From the NCBI GenBank assembly GCA_004431415.1, contig QPMI01000610.1, positions 62,001 through 126,000 of the forward strand: a DNA stretch of 64,000 bases, read 5' to 3'. Positions 37,964 to 50,648 of this stretch are shown here, in pieces. The position numbers and the translations under genes are program-made. This DNA is from Cyanophora paradoxa CCMP329. Lineage: Eukaryota; Plantae; Glaucophyta. Each line of letters opens with the position of its first letter. The stretch's first letter is position 1. The notes under the pieces were generated by a model, which was not told where the DNA came from, ran no database searches, and saw only the letters and a list, made by a program, of their open reading frames with translations.

Positions 37964-39659
37964 CTACTTCTTCTGCGGGCGCTTGGCGCGAACCATTGCC
38001 CGGCCCTTCTCCGCATCCCCTGCGAGGGCGTCGGCGGTCGGACGGGAGGCGATGTGGGGACGGAGAACGCACGCGGCGGGGCGCCCAAGCTGAAGCGGCC
38101 CGCCCCTTCGCCGATGGCGGCGGGGGCGGCGGGCGGGCGGTCGGGCCCCGGGTCGCTGGAGCGCGGAGAGCCGGCAGGGGCGGCGGCTCCGGAACTGGAG
38201 GGGCCGGCGCCAGCGTCGCCCGGGGGCGCAAGCAGACGCAGCCCAGCGGGGGGGACGAAGGGGGAGTCGAAGAGGGAGCTGCTGGGGGGTACAGGCGCAG
38301 CGGGCTCGGGGGCCGCCCGTACAGCCGACTCGGGAGCTGCCGATGCAGCGGGCTCCGGGGCTAGAGGTGCAGCCGGCTCGGGGGCTACCGGCGCAGCCGG
38401 CTCGGGAGCTACCGGCGCAGCCGGCTCGGAGGCTGCGGCGGCGCTCGAGCTGCTCATTGCGCATGCAGCTGCCCGGCTCGCAGCCGATCCGCTCGCAGCC
38501 GACCCGCTCCCAGCCGCGCCGCTCGCAGCCACTCCGCTCTGCGCCTCCATTTCTGAGCGCTTCTGTCCTCGCTCGGGGCTCTGGATGCGCAGCTGCGTCT
38601 TAGGGTGAGACAATGTCGTATGAGACGCCATATTCAAAAGAGCGTACAGCGGCGACTGGACCCTCCAGGCGCGCGGGGTCGCCCTGCGTGAAGCGTGAGC
38701 TCCAAATGTACACTTCTCCGGGGCGCAGGGGCGCGTGCCCTGCCCGACAGCTCGGCCCGCAGCGAAGCGATCTCCGCCTCGTATTTCTTGCGTTGCTCCT
38801 CCAGCTGGAGCCCGGAACTGACGCGCATCGAAGCGACTTCTGCACGCGCGCCCGCCAGCTCGGCCCGCAGCGAAGAAATGTCCGCCTCGTATTTCTTGCG
38901 TTGCTCCTCCAGCTGCCGCTTGGAGCTGTCGCTCACTGCAATGTACGCCACCAAGTAGTTTTCTGCGAAAGTAAAGGCAACGCGTGTATGAGCCAGCTTG
39001 GTTTAAACATGCGTGTGGACGGCTCTCAGGGTGCGCACCGTTCTCACGCTTCAGCTTGGCTGCAAGATCGCGGAGGCAGTCCCCTGGGAAGAGAGTAAGG
39101 GGGGCCGCATCGTGTCCTGTCCTGGCGGCATCATTGTGGGACAGCGCGCACGAAGGTGGGCAGGGAGGTCAAGGGTAGTGACCCGCGCCTCGCAGCCGAG
39201 CCCCGCGTTCTCGCAGGGCCGCCGCACCCGCGGACACGCCGCCTCGTGCTCCTGGCTCCGATTGTGAGCGGCGCAGCGCGCGCTCGGGCGCGAGGGCTCG
39301 GACCCCAAGCTCCTCGGTTAGCACCAGGACCTCGCAGCCGGAGCACCGCGACCGCCCCACCGTGCAGGCGCTCTTGTGGCCTGAGAGGGAGCCCAACTCG
39401 CCCGTCCACGTACACCCACGCGGCTGCATTTCACAGCTGCGCAGGCTTAGAGGAGAACGAGGTCGATGAAGAGCACGCAGGAACGCACTGCACGCGGAGC
39501 GCGTTGATGCGGCGCGCCATGTAAGCCGCGGAGCTCCATCGGCTGCGGTCGAGCGCCTCCCGGTCGAGCGGACAGGAGACTCGACGCCCCTGCGAGTTCG
39601 CGAGGACCTCCGAACAGCTCCTGCATAGAGCATGCTCGTTCGAGCAGCGAATGCTGATC
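37964..39659 (-). CDS. Partial RING + TRAF/SINA-type zinc fingers + coiled coil + Pro/Ala-rich tail (5' end not found; possibly truncated)
   Basis: CSNEHALCRSC...CPLDR, RRINALRVQC, GCTWTGELGSLSGHKSAC, HEAACPRVRRPCENAGLGC...HLRARC, and a duplicated QLEEQRKKYEAxIxSLRAEL. Confidence 0.6.
38290..38430. repeat. 24-bp coding minisatellite (EPAAPVAP, about 6 copies on the - strand)
   Basis: Repeated ccggcgcagccggctcggg(g/a)gcta units. Confidence 0.8.
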
Positions 39660-39801
39660 TGGACGCAAGCCCGCTCCCGGCCCGCTCCCGGGCCGAAGTC
39701 TCGGAGCGCAGTATCCCTTGCGTTGGTGAAATTACGAGAAAGGTGCTTGCTACCTGCGCCCGCTGGGACCGCATGGGGCGAGGGAGGGATTTCGGGAGGG
39801 G

Positions 39802-41282
39802 TCAGGAGGCGGCGATGGCTGCCTGCGCGGAGGTCTGCGCGGCCGCCGACGTGGCCGACGTCACGCTCGAAGTCTGCGGGCGAGAGCGGGAGCGGCGTGA
39901 GCGCGGGAGGGAGGGGTGCAGGGGCGAAGAGGCCGGGGACGGGGCGCGCCGGGGAGAGCATGGAGGCCGGGGTGATCTCGCGGCCGGCGAGGAGGCGCGG
40001 CATCGTCTCCAGGTGCTTCGCCAGCATCGCCTGCAGGTCCGGCCACACTGCTACGCGTCAGGACCTCCGCGGGGCGCAGCGGGGTGAAGGGGGCCGGGGG
40101 CTACCGAGCTCGGCGAAGGGGGCGCCGGAGAGGAAGATCTCGCGGAGGAAGGAGGTCATGGCGGCGCACAGGAGGCCGCGCTCGAGGGCCGGGAGCCCGT
40201 CGAAGGCCGTCAGGTCCAGCTTGAACGGGTTCTCCGGCGCCGGGATCGTGTTCGACGAGACCAGCTCCGCCACGATGTCCCACACCTTGATGTCTGCCGC
40301 CCCCGCTCAGCGCCCCGCCAGCGCCGCAGCCCTCCGGGGTTCTAGCGCATGCGGGCGGGAGGCGCGGGCGGGGGGCGGCGGGGTGGGCGGCAGGGGCGGG
40401 CGTGGGGTTGGTGGGCGGCGTGGATGGGCGCGGGGCGAGTGGCGAAGGACGAGGGGCGATTAGCGGCCAGCAGCTGGCGAGGGGCGAGGGGCGGTGGAGG
40501 TGGGAGACGGGGGGCGGACGGGGGCCAGCGGGGCAGGAGGCGCGGGCGGGGGCGCGGGGCGCACTGTTGTTCCTCCACTGCTCGGTGGTCTGCAGCTTGA
40601 GGGGCAGGTCCTTGTCCGCCGGCCCCCGCGAGCTCCGCAGCCGCGAGTGGTTCGACCGCAGCTGCCCCGCGCCCCGCGCCGCGTCGGCCGGCAGCCGGCG
40701 CCGCGCGGCACGCCCGATGCACGCACCCACACGTAGGGGCACTTGTACCGCGCGTAGCCGCCGATCAAGAACACTGTCTCGTCCGACGGTGCGGCCTGAG
40801 CGGGCGCGGGCCGAGCTCAGGGTGGGCGGCGCGGGACGGGGCGGCAGGCGCACGTCTGCCGCCTCCCGCTCGCTAGGGCTGGCCGGCGGGAGCCCGTCGT
40901 CCAGCGAGTGGAAGTATGTGGCGCGGCTCCTGCGCTTCCATCAGCGCGAGGCAGGTGCGGGTTCCGGGCGGGTTCTGGAGCACGGCGATGGCTTCGAAGG
41001 CGAGAAAGGAGCGTCGGAGCGCTCGGCCTTGTTTGTTACTGTGACCAGGAGCTCCTCGCGGCCGCGCAAGTACAGCGAGAAGTACTTGAAGCCCTGCGAG
41101 GAAAGGCACATCGGACGCGGCAAATGGCACGGCTGGCGGTCGGCAATGGGACAGAGGCGGCCCCGCGGACCTTGAGGCACCCGAATCGCAGCGAGTCCTT
41201 GCAGAACTGGTCCTGCCGAGCAGAAAACGCGTCAACGAGTCTGGCTGACAGCGCAGAAGCCGACGAGGGACCCACGGACCAT
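39802..41282 (-). CDS. Conserved-looking hypothetical protein
   Basis: M|DQFCKDSLRFGCLK|GFKYFSLYLRGREELLV...VFLIGGYARYKCPYVW|LRSNH...DLPLKLQTT...VWDIVAELV...PENPFKLD. Clean GT/GC-AG junctions and a TGA at about 39802. Family not named with certainty. Confidence 0.7.
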
Positions 41283-41427
41283 TTTCTGCGTGCGAGGTCT
41301 GGGTACAGAACTCGCCGCAAGAGCACAGTACCCAAGACCTTTTTTTCAGTCAAAAGAAAGCAGCACGCCGGGCGCCTAGCTCATCGTTTGGTAGTGCAAA
41401 GTTGTGTACAGGAAGTGATTTTGCGCC

Positions 41428-44400
41428 ATGGCGGCACCCGCGCCGCCCGGCGGCACTGGCGGCGGCACCAAGCGATTCGTAGGTGCGCAGAGCATGAGCC
41501 CGACCACGTGTGACGTTGTCCGGGCTGAGCTGGGACACATGCGAGCTTTAGCTAATCCGGGACGAGCTTGCGATGTTGCCCCTGGGGCCCTGCTAGAATC
41601 GGCGACCGTAGCAAGGCCGATGCGCATCATGTATCAGCCGATGCTGCCTAGTCGCAACCCCTCCAGCTCCCTCCTTAGCGCCGCGCACACTCACGCCCCC
41701 GCGCTGCCGCAGACATCTTCGTTGCTTCCAACAGCGGCGCCGGCGTGCGCTCGTTGCTGCGGAGGTTCGGCGAGCTCGTCAAAGGTCGGCACCTCGCTCA
41801 GGCATCCAAGGCGTGCACCTGACCTCGCCCCAGGAAATGAGCGCCTCATGCGGCTGGCTTCAGACGGCCTGAACCTCAAAGTGCGCGCCGCCTCGGGCAG
41901 CCCGCGCCGCCCGCCGCTGACGCCGCGCCGCCGCGGCGCGTGCAGTTCAAGATCGACACGCGGGGCCCCTACGCGGACACGCCGGCGTTCCGGGCGCTCC
42001 TGGTGAAGGCCCAAGCGTGCATTCTGGTCGCGGACACGTCGCAGGAGGGCGCGGTTGCTGCGGCGAAGGCGGCGCTGGGCGCGGTCGGGGGCAACGGGCG
42101 CTTCAAGGGGAAGCCGATGCTGATCATGGCGAACAAGCGGGACGTGGACGGCTGCCTCCCGCTGGCGGACCTGGAGGCGGCGGCGGGGGCGCAGGGCGTG
42201 CTGGCGAGCACGAAGCTGGTCGAGGCGTGCGGGGCGCCCGGCGAGGCCAAGTTCAACGCGGCGATGAGCGCCGGGCTGGAGTGGCTCCTCGCCAGCGTCA
42301 TCGACGGGGCCGAGCGCCTCGCCCGGAAGCAGGCCCGCGACGCCGCCATCGACGCCCGCCTGGCCAAGCTCGCGGGGCTCGAGGGCAAGCCGCCGCCGCC
42401 GGCGGTCCCGGGGGCCGGCGTGGGCGCCCCCTCGGACCCGGGGAAGGCGGCCGAGGAGCACCGGGCGGCGATCGCGGCGCGGGTGGCGAAGCTGAGCGCG
42501 CGCGTGGAGCGCGACATCGACGCGGACCGCAGCACGCCCTCGGAGCTCGCCGCCGTGGACAAGTGGGTGCGCGCGCCTCTCCGCGGCGCCCCGGGCGGGG
42601 CGGGAGGCCGTGGCTGAGCCCCCCGCAGCTGGAGAGCCTCGGGGAGGAGCCGCCGCCGCCCTTCCTCCCCAGCCCCTCCCCCTCGCGCGCCGGCCTGGCG
42701 ACGGCGCCGGCGGCCTCGCTGGGGGGCCCCTGGAGACGAAGCCCGGGTCGGCGGGGGGCGCCGCGGGCCCGCTGGGGCGCTCGGCCTCGGTCAAGCGGCG
42801 CAGCGAGTCGCCGGCGCAGCAGCCCGGCGTCGAGCGCATCGACATGAAGGTCCGCCCCGGGCCCGCGCCGCGCCGCCCCGCCGCCCCGCCCCCCGCCCTC
42901 CCGCCCGGCTCAGCTCGTCATGATTCGTCACGGCTCAGCTCGTTCACACGGACCCAACGTACCGATTCGGGTACCTCTCCAAGTTCATGGGGGTACGCTT
43001 CGCCTGCTTGCTTCGGCGGGGCGGCGCGGCGCGTCCTGAGGGGCGCGGCGCGCGTGCAGTTCATGCCCGAGGACGTGGCGACAATCAAGGGCTCGGCGCC
43101 CGTGCTGGGCCCGCTGGTGCCGGGCCTCGTCGACGCGGTCTACGCGAAGCTCTTCTCGTTCCACGTGACCAAGGCGAGCCGCGCCGCCCCCGCCCCGCCC
43201 CGCACGGCGCGGCGCGGCGCGGCGCGGCTGACGGGGGCTGCGCAGCGGTACTTCATGCCGCAGCAGGACGGGTACACCGGCGAGCTGCCCGGGAGCGAAG
43301 GGGCGCTGACGACGTCGCACGCCATCATCAAGTTCCGGTGAGCGGGATCCGCGTCGCGACACGCCCGTCGCCGCGCTGACGGAGTTCGCAGCAAGGAGAA
43401 GCTCGCGAAGTACCTGGTGAAGCTGGTGACATCCGAGTACGACGGGTCGCTCGTCGAGTACGTCGACTTCGTCGGCAAGGTCCACACCAAGAAGGCGGTG
43501 CGGCCCGGCGGGGGACGGCGGGAGCCGCGTGCGCTGACGCGTCGCAGGGGAACAAGAGCCTGGAGATCGACCTCGTCCACATGAACGCGCTCTTTGGCTA
43601 CGTCAACGACGCCCTCATCGCGACCTTCCAGGGCCTGTCGGGGGGTGTCGACCAGGCGACGAAGGACAAGCTGGTGCGGGCGTTCACGAAGCTGCTCTGG
43701 GTGCAGAGCGACTTCACGAGCCGGCACTACACGAACTGCGACTCGGTGGACACGGGCGGCCTGTCGGAGCCACCGCCGGCCCCGCTGCCGTCGACCTCGA
43801 AGGCGGCCTCCGTGCCAGAGATCGGCGTCGAGATGATCGACATGAGGCAAGTGCACACAAACGCGGCGTACCGCTTCGGGTACCTCTCCAAGTTCATGGT
43901 GGTGCGTTCTGCTCTTGGAAGAGGCGGCTCGTGCATTGGGGGGGGCTAAGCTGATCGTCCCTTTAACTCGGTCTCGCAGTTTGGGCCGGAGGACGTGGCG
44001 GCGATCAAGGGCTCGGCGCCCGTGCTGGGCCCGCTGGTGCCGGGCCTCGTCGACGCGGTCTACGCGAAGCTCTTCTCGTTCGACGTGACCAAGGCGAGCC
44101 GCGCCGCCCCCACCCCGCCCGGCGCGGCGCGGCGCGGCGCAGCGTGGCTGACGGGGGCTGCGCAGCGGTACTTCATGCCGCAGCAGGACGGGTACACCGG
44201 CTCGCTGCCGCAGAACGAAGCGAAGTTCACAGTTTCCCACGAGGTCATCAAGTTCCGGTGAGCGGGATCCGCGTCGCGACACGCCCGTCGCCGCGCTGAC
44301 GGTGTTCGCAGCAAGGAGAAGCTCGCGAAGTACCTGGTGAAGCTGGTGACATCCGAGTACGACGGGTCGCTCGTCGAGTACGTCGACTTCGTCGGCAAGG

Positions 44401-47400
44401 TCCACACCAAGAAGGCGGTGCGCGCTGCTGCCCCGGGCTTGCGCGGCATGGCATCCGACGCGCGGTGCCGCAGGGCAACAAGGACCTGGAGGTCGACCTC
44501 GTCCACATGAACGCGCTCTTCGGCTACGTGAACGACGCCCTCATCGCGACCTTCCAGGGCCTGACGAACGTGGACCAAGCGAGCAAGGACAAGCTCATCC
44601 GTGCGTTCACAAAGCTGCTGTGGATTCAGAGCGACTTCACGAGCCGGCACTACACCGTCTGCGACGCGGCGGAATCGGCGCCTGCCGCCCTGCCCGCGCC
44701 GGCGCCGACGGCCGCTCCCGCCGAGCCGGGCATCGAGAAGATCGACATGAAGGTTCGGCCGTTCCCTCGATGCGCGACCGTCGCCCGGTCTGATCGGCCG
44801 CGCCGCAGCTCGTGCACACGAACGCGGGATACCGCTTCGGGTACCTGGGCAAGTTCATGGAGGTGAGTGGGCTGAACGTCGGGGAAACGGCTTGAACCGT
44901 GCCTGACGGCCGCCCAGTTCGGTGCCGGGGACATCGCGGCGATCAAGGGCTCGGCGCCCGTGCTGGGCCCGCTGGTGCCGGGCCTCGTCGACGCGGTCTA
45001 CGCGAAGCTCTTCTCGTTCGACGTGACCAAGGCGAGCCGCGCCGCCCCCGCCCCGCCCGGCGCGGCGCGGCGCGGCGCGGCTGACGGGGGCTGCGCAGCG
45101 GTACTTCATGCCGCAGCAGGACGGGTACACCGGCGAGCTGCCCGGGAGCGAAGGGGCGCTGACGACGTCGCACGCCATCATCAAGTTCCGGTGAGCGGGA
45201 TCCGCGTCGCGGCACGCCCGTCGCCGCGCTGACGGAGTTCGCAGCAAGGAGAAGCTCGCGAAGTACCTGGTGAAGCTGGTGACATCCGAGTACGACGGGT
45301 CGCTCGTCGAGTACGTCGACTTCGTCGGCAAGGTCCACACCAAGAAGGCGGTGCGGCCCGGCGGGGGACGGCGGGAGCCGCGTGCGCTGACGCGTCGCAG
45401 GGGAACAAGAGCCTGGAGATCGACCTCGTGCACATGAACGCGCTCTTTGGCTACGTCAACGACGCCCTCATCGCGACCTTCCAGGGCCTGTCGGGGGGCG
45501 TCGACCAGGCGACGAAGGACAAGCTGGTGCGGGCGTTCACGAAGCTGCTCTGGGTGCAGAGCGACTTCACGAGCCGGCACTACACGAACTGCGACTCGGT
45601 GGACACGGGCGAGGCACCGATCACGACGCCGATGCCGGCAGCGGCGGCGTCGGGCCCCGCCGAGGCGGGCGTGGAGGTCATCGACATGAAGAATGTCCAC
45701 ACGAGCTCGGCGTACCGGTTCGGGTACCTGGCGCGGTTCATGGGCTTCAGCGCGGACGACATTGCGACCGTGAAGGGAATCGCACCCGTGCTCGGCCCGC
45801 TGGTACCGACGCTCGTGGATGCTGTGTATGCGAAACTCTTCTCGTTCGACGTAACCAAGGCCAGTCTTTCTCGTGCTTCGTTTTGCTTCCGTGATGGATT
45901 CTGAAACCTTTCGCAGAAATACTTCATGCCTCAGCAAGAGGGTTACTCGGGCTCGCTTCCGCAAAGCGAATCGGGTCTCAGTGTATCGCACGAGATTATT
46001 CAGTACCGGTGAGATGATCTGTATCCCCCAACAAGGCGTTTCCCGGGTGTTCACATTCCGCGCAGCAAGGAGAAGCTCACCAAGTACCTGGTCAAGCTCG
46101 TCACTGCCGAGTACGACGCCGCTCTCGTGGAATACGTGGACTACGTCGGTCGGATCCACACGAAGAAGGATGTTCGTGAAGCCGCGTCGCCCTGTGAGAG
46201 CCCTGCGACCTCACCGCGTCGCGCAGGGGAACAAGAACCTGGAGATCGACCTCGTGCACATGAACGCGCTCTTCGGCTACGTCAACGACGCCCTCATCGC
46301 GACCTTCCAGTGTCTTCCTGTAGACCAGGCGAGGAAGGACAAGCTGGTGCGGGCGTTCACGAAGCTGCTGTGGATCCAAAGCGATTTCGTCAGCCGCCAC
46401 TACACTGTCTGCGACGCCGCGGAGTCGGTGCCGGCCGCCGCGTCCTCAGCCGCACCCTCCATGCCGAACCTGGGCGCCGGGCTCGAGGTGGCGCGCCTCA
46501 AGGAGCAGCTCGCGGCCGCGCAGGCCGAGGCGAAGCGGGCGCAGGAGGTGCGCGGGGGCCCGACCGCCCAGTCCGCCCCGCCCCGTCTCGGGCCCCTCAC
46601 CGCCCGTGGGCCGCGCAGGAGACGGCCTCGCTGCGTGCGGAGCTGGCGCGGGCCAAGGCCCCCGCGAGCCCCAAGGCGGGGGGCCCGGGCCTGGCGGAGG
46701 ACATCCAGGCGCGGATGTCGGCGCGGCGGCGGAGCTCCGTGGGCGGCCTCGGCGGGGAGGACGTCGCGCGCCTCGCCGACGAGGTCGCGCAGGCCAAGTC
46801 CCTCGCCGCAGCCACGCAGGCCCGCCTCGACGAGATGGTCGCCGCGCGCGTCGAGCTCGAGCGCCAGGCGCAGCAGCGCGAGGCCGCGGCGCGCGCCGAG
46901 CACGCGCGCGAGCTCGAGGAGCTGCGGCGGCGGCACGCGCGCGAGCTCGACGACGAGCGGCTGCGCTTCGCGGAGGAGCGGCGGCGCTGGGAGGGCCAGG
47001 GCGCCGACGAGGCGGCCGCCCTGCGGGGGAGCTCGAGGAGGCCCGCGCGCGGGCGGCGGCCGCCGCCGTCGAGACGGCCGACGCCCGCGCCGAGGCGGTC
47101 AGCTGCGCACGCCTCGCCGACTCCGAGGCGGCGCGGGCCAAGGAGGCCGAGGCGCGCGCCGCGGCCGCCGCGGAGGAGGCGGCGCAGGCGCGGGAGCGGG
47201 CGGCGGCGGAGCTGGCGGCGGCCCGCGAGGCCTCGGCGGCCGAGCTCTCGGCGGCGCGGCAGGAGGCGGCCAAGTCGGTGCGCGCGGGGCGGGGCGGGGC
47301 GGGGCGGGGCGGGGCGGGTCGGGGCGGTGGGAGGCGGCGTTGTTTTGACGCTGCGCGCCAGGCGTCGCTTGCCGAGGCGGCAGAGGCTAAGGCCTCGCGG

Positions 47401-50400
47401 GCGGCCGCTGATGCCGACGCGGCGCGCGCGGAGGCGGCCGCGGCGCGCAGCGAGGCCGCGGCGGCGCGGGCCGACGCGGCCGAGGCGCGGGAGGCCGCGG
47501 CGGCGGGCAGCGCGGTGAGCGCACCCCGGCGCCGGCTTCATCGCCGTCCTCCAGAATTCTGCTCCTCACCGGGAGCCGCAGAGCGCGGAGCAGGCGGCGG
47601 CGGCCGAGGCGGCGGCGGCGGCGCGGGCGGCGGCGGCGAAGGAGGTGGAAGCCGCGCGGGCGGCGGCCGAGGAGCGCGCGGAGCGGGCGCGGGCGGATAG
47701 CGAGGCGGCGCGCGCCGAGGCGAATGCCGCCCGGGCCGAGGCGGCCGCCGCGAAGGAGGCCGCTCGTCTGGTGCGGGGGCGCGCCGCGCGACGCCGGCCC
47801 CTTCTGACGCCGACGGGTCGGGCAGGCCGAGGAGGCGCGGCTGCGGCTCGAGGCGGAGCTGAAGGAGGCGCGCCAGGCCAGCGGCGGCGGCGGCGGGGGC
47901 GAGTCCTCCGACGCGAAGCAGGCGGTGCGCGCGGGCGCTGCCGGTGCACAAGCAGGCGCCCCGTCTGACCCGGCTCCGCAGGCGGAGGCGCTGCGGGTGG
48001 CGCTGCAGGAAGCGAGCGAGGCGCGGGCGGCCGTCGAGCAGGAGCTGCGGGCCGCGCAGGCCGTCGCCGCGCAGGCCGGCGCCGCCCTCGCGGTGCGTTT
48101 GCGCGGGAGGGCCGGCGGGCGGCGCGCGCCGGAGCGCCTCACCGGCGGGCGCCGCAGGGCGAGGCGGCGACGGCGCGGGCGCGGCTCGAGGCGGAGCTCG
48201 CGGCGGCGCGGGAGGAGGCGGAGGCGGAGCGCGAGCGGGCGGCGGCGGCGCTGGCGGCGGCGGAGGCGGAGGCGCGTGAGGCGCGGGCGGCGGGCGAGCG
48301 GGAGGCGGCCGGCCTGCGGGCGGCGCTGGCGGCGGCGCAGCGGGAGGCGGCGGCGGCGCGTGAGGAGGCGGCGCGCGATGTGCAGCGCGCCACCGCCGCC
48401 AGCGGCAGCACCGCGGTGCCCGGCGCCGCCTCCGCCACCCGCGCCGCCTCCGCGCGCTCTGACGCCGGTCGCGCTGCCCGCCCTCGCGCAGGCGGCCGTG
48501 GCGGAGCTGACGGGGGCGCTGGGGAAGGCGCGGGAGGAGGCGGCGCGGGCCGGAGTGCGGGCGGCGGCGGCGGAGGCGCAGGCGGAGGCGGCGAAGAAGG
48601 AGCTCGCCGAGTCGCAGGCGCGGTCGCGCGAGACCGTCGAGCGCCTGGAGCGGGAGCTGGCGGCCGCGCGCGCGGCGCGGGCCTCGGCCGCCGCCGCCGA
48701 CGCCGCCGCCCTCGAGTCGCGCCTCGCCGCCGAGCGCGAGCGCGAGCGGGCCGCCTCCGCCGCGCAGATCGCCGTCCTCGAGTCCCGGGTTCGAGCCCCC
48801 GCCGCCCCCTTCCCTCTCCCTCGCTGGGTAGGCGAGCGGGGCGGGGGCAGAGGCGGGAGCTGGAGGACCGCCTCAAGATCGTCTCCGCCCGCCCCTCGGA
48901 CGCCTCGGTGCGCTCAGCGCGGCCCGAGGGGTGCAGCCCTTTTTTCTGACGGGGCCGCCCGGGCAGACGCCGGCGGCGGCGCGGGGCCTCGAGGAGCGGC
49001 TGCAGGCGCGGGAGCGCGAGCACGCCGCCGTCGTGGCCGCCCTCCAGGCCCGCCCCGCGCCCCGCGGCGCCCTCCCCCTGTCTGACGCGCGGGCGCGCAG
49101 GAGGCGGTGGTGCGGGCGGTGGACGAGGGGGGCGGGCGGCGGTGGCGGAGCGGGAGGCGGAGCTCGGGGCGTGGCTCGAGGGCCTCGCCGCCGACGCCCG
49201 CGAGCGCCGCCTCGCCGTCCTGCGGGCCCTCGACGAGGGCGCGCCCGGCCGCCCCCGCGCCGAGGCCGAGCTGCGCGCCCTGCTCGAGGCCCTGGAGGCC
49301 GGCGTGGCGCCCCGCACGAAGGCGGCCGACGAGAAGCGGGCGACGATGCGGCGGCAGCTCGCCGAGGCGGAGCGGCAGCTCGCCGAGGAGCGCGAGGCGC
49401 GGCGGCGGGAGCGCGCGCACGCCGAGGAGCACGCGCGGCGCGTCGAGGAGAAGTGGCTCGCCCGGCTGCGCGCCGCCGACGAGGCGGTCTCGCGCGCCCG
49501 CGCCGAGGCGGAGGCGGCGGTCGCGGCCGGCGCCGGCGCGCAGGAGCGCATGCGGGAGGCCGTGACGGCGGCCGAGCGGGCGGCGGCGGGGCGGCGGGGC
49601 GCCGAGGAGGCGCACCTCTCCCTGCTCCTCGGCGTCCTCGAGGGCCGCCCGGAGGCCGGGGCCGAGCCGGGGCCGCTGCGGCCGCCCTCGTCGGGCCCGA
49701 CGCGCCGGTGGCGGTGGCGGAGGTGGCGGCGGAGGAGGCGGAGGCGCTCGAGCTCCAGCGGGCGGCGGCGGCGGCGGCGCGGCAGCTGCGCGCCGACCTG
49801 CGCGGCTGGGCGCGGGCGTACGCCGAGGCGGCGCGGGCGGGCGGGGCGGGCCCCGACCACAACGTGATCGCGGCGCACGCGTCGGCGCGGCTCGTGCGCC
49901 TGCGCGAGGCCGAGGCCCGCGAGGCCGGCTACGCCGCCCGCGTCCGCGCCCTCCGCGACCGCCTCGCCGCCTCCGCCGCCGCCGCCGCCGCCGCCCTCGT
50001 CCGCAGCGGCCTGCTCGGCGGGCCCGGCCCGGCGGCGGCGGCGGCGGCAGTGCCGCCCCGGCCACGGCGGACGGGGACCCGCAGCGGCTGCGGGCGGCGG
50101 CGGACGCGGAGGCGGCGCGGTTGGAGGGGTACCGCGTGGAGCGGGCGCGCCTCGAGGCGGACGTGCAGCGGCTGCGGCACGCGGCGATGGCCGCCGCGAG
50201 CGAGTGGCGCGCCGCCGGCTTCGGCGGCGGGGGCAAGAAGCGCGGGCACTACCGTCCGGCGGCCGCCGCCCCCGAGCCCCTGCTCGCCACCGCCCCCTCC
50301 TCCCTCTACGCCTCCGCCTCCGCGCCCCTCCTCGCCCCCGCCCCGGCCCCCGCCCCGGGCCTCGGCTCCTCCCCCTCTGCCCCGGCCCTGCCGCACCTCC

Positions 50401-50648
50401 CCGCGCGGGCCCTGCCCCCCATCATCGGGTCCCCGCACTCGCCGGAGCCGGACGCGGCCGCCGGGGCGGGGGCGTGGGCCGTCCACACCAAGGGCGGGGC
50501 GGGCCCGCACGCCCTCGGGCACGCGCACGCCCTCCCCCCGCGGGCCCTCGCCGCGGGGACGGTCTCGCCCCTCCGCGGGGGCAAGTCCCGCAGCCCCTCC
50601 CCGCCCCCGCTGGCCGCCGCCCCCGCCGGCCACGTCGCTGCGCGGTGA
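41428..50648 (+). CDS. Arl13/Arf-like degenerate GTPase domain + 4 tandem protoglobin domains + long coiled coil (paralog of 4309-14948)
   Basis: MAAPAPPGGTGGGTKRFV|DIFVASNSGAGVRSLLRRF...KIDTRG...FKGKPMLIMANKRD...VEAC...GLEWLL. Globin domains at about 42940-43735, 43850-44655, 44810-45590 and 45690-46405. Ala/Glu/Arg coiled coil from 46480 to 50200, with apparent 1-nt indels near 47030, 49670 and 50050. TGA at 50648. Confidence 0.85.

Noticed and set aside
6370-46430. The inverted globin repeats as terminal inverted repeats of a giant transposon
   Set aside because: They are internal coding modules of two paralogous genes. No transposase or target-site duplication is seen, and the enclosed genes include housekeeping Raptor.
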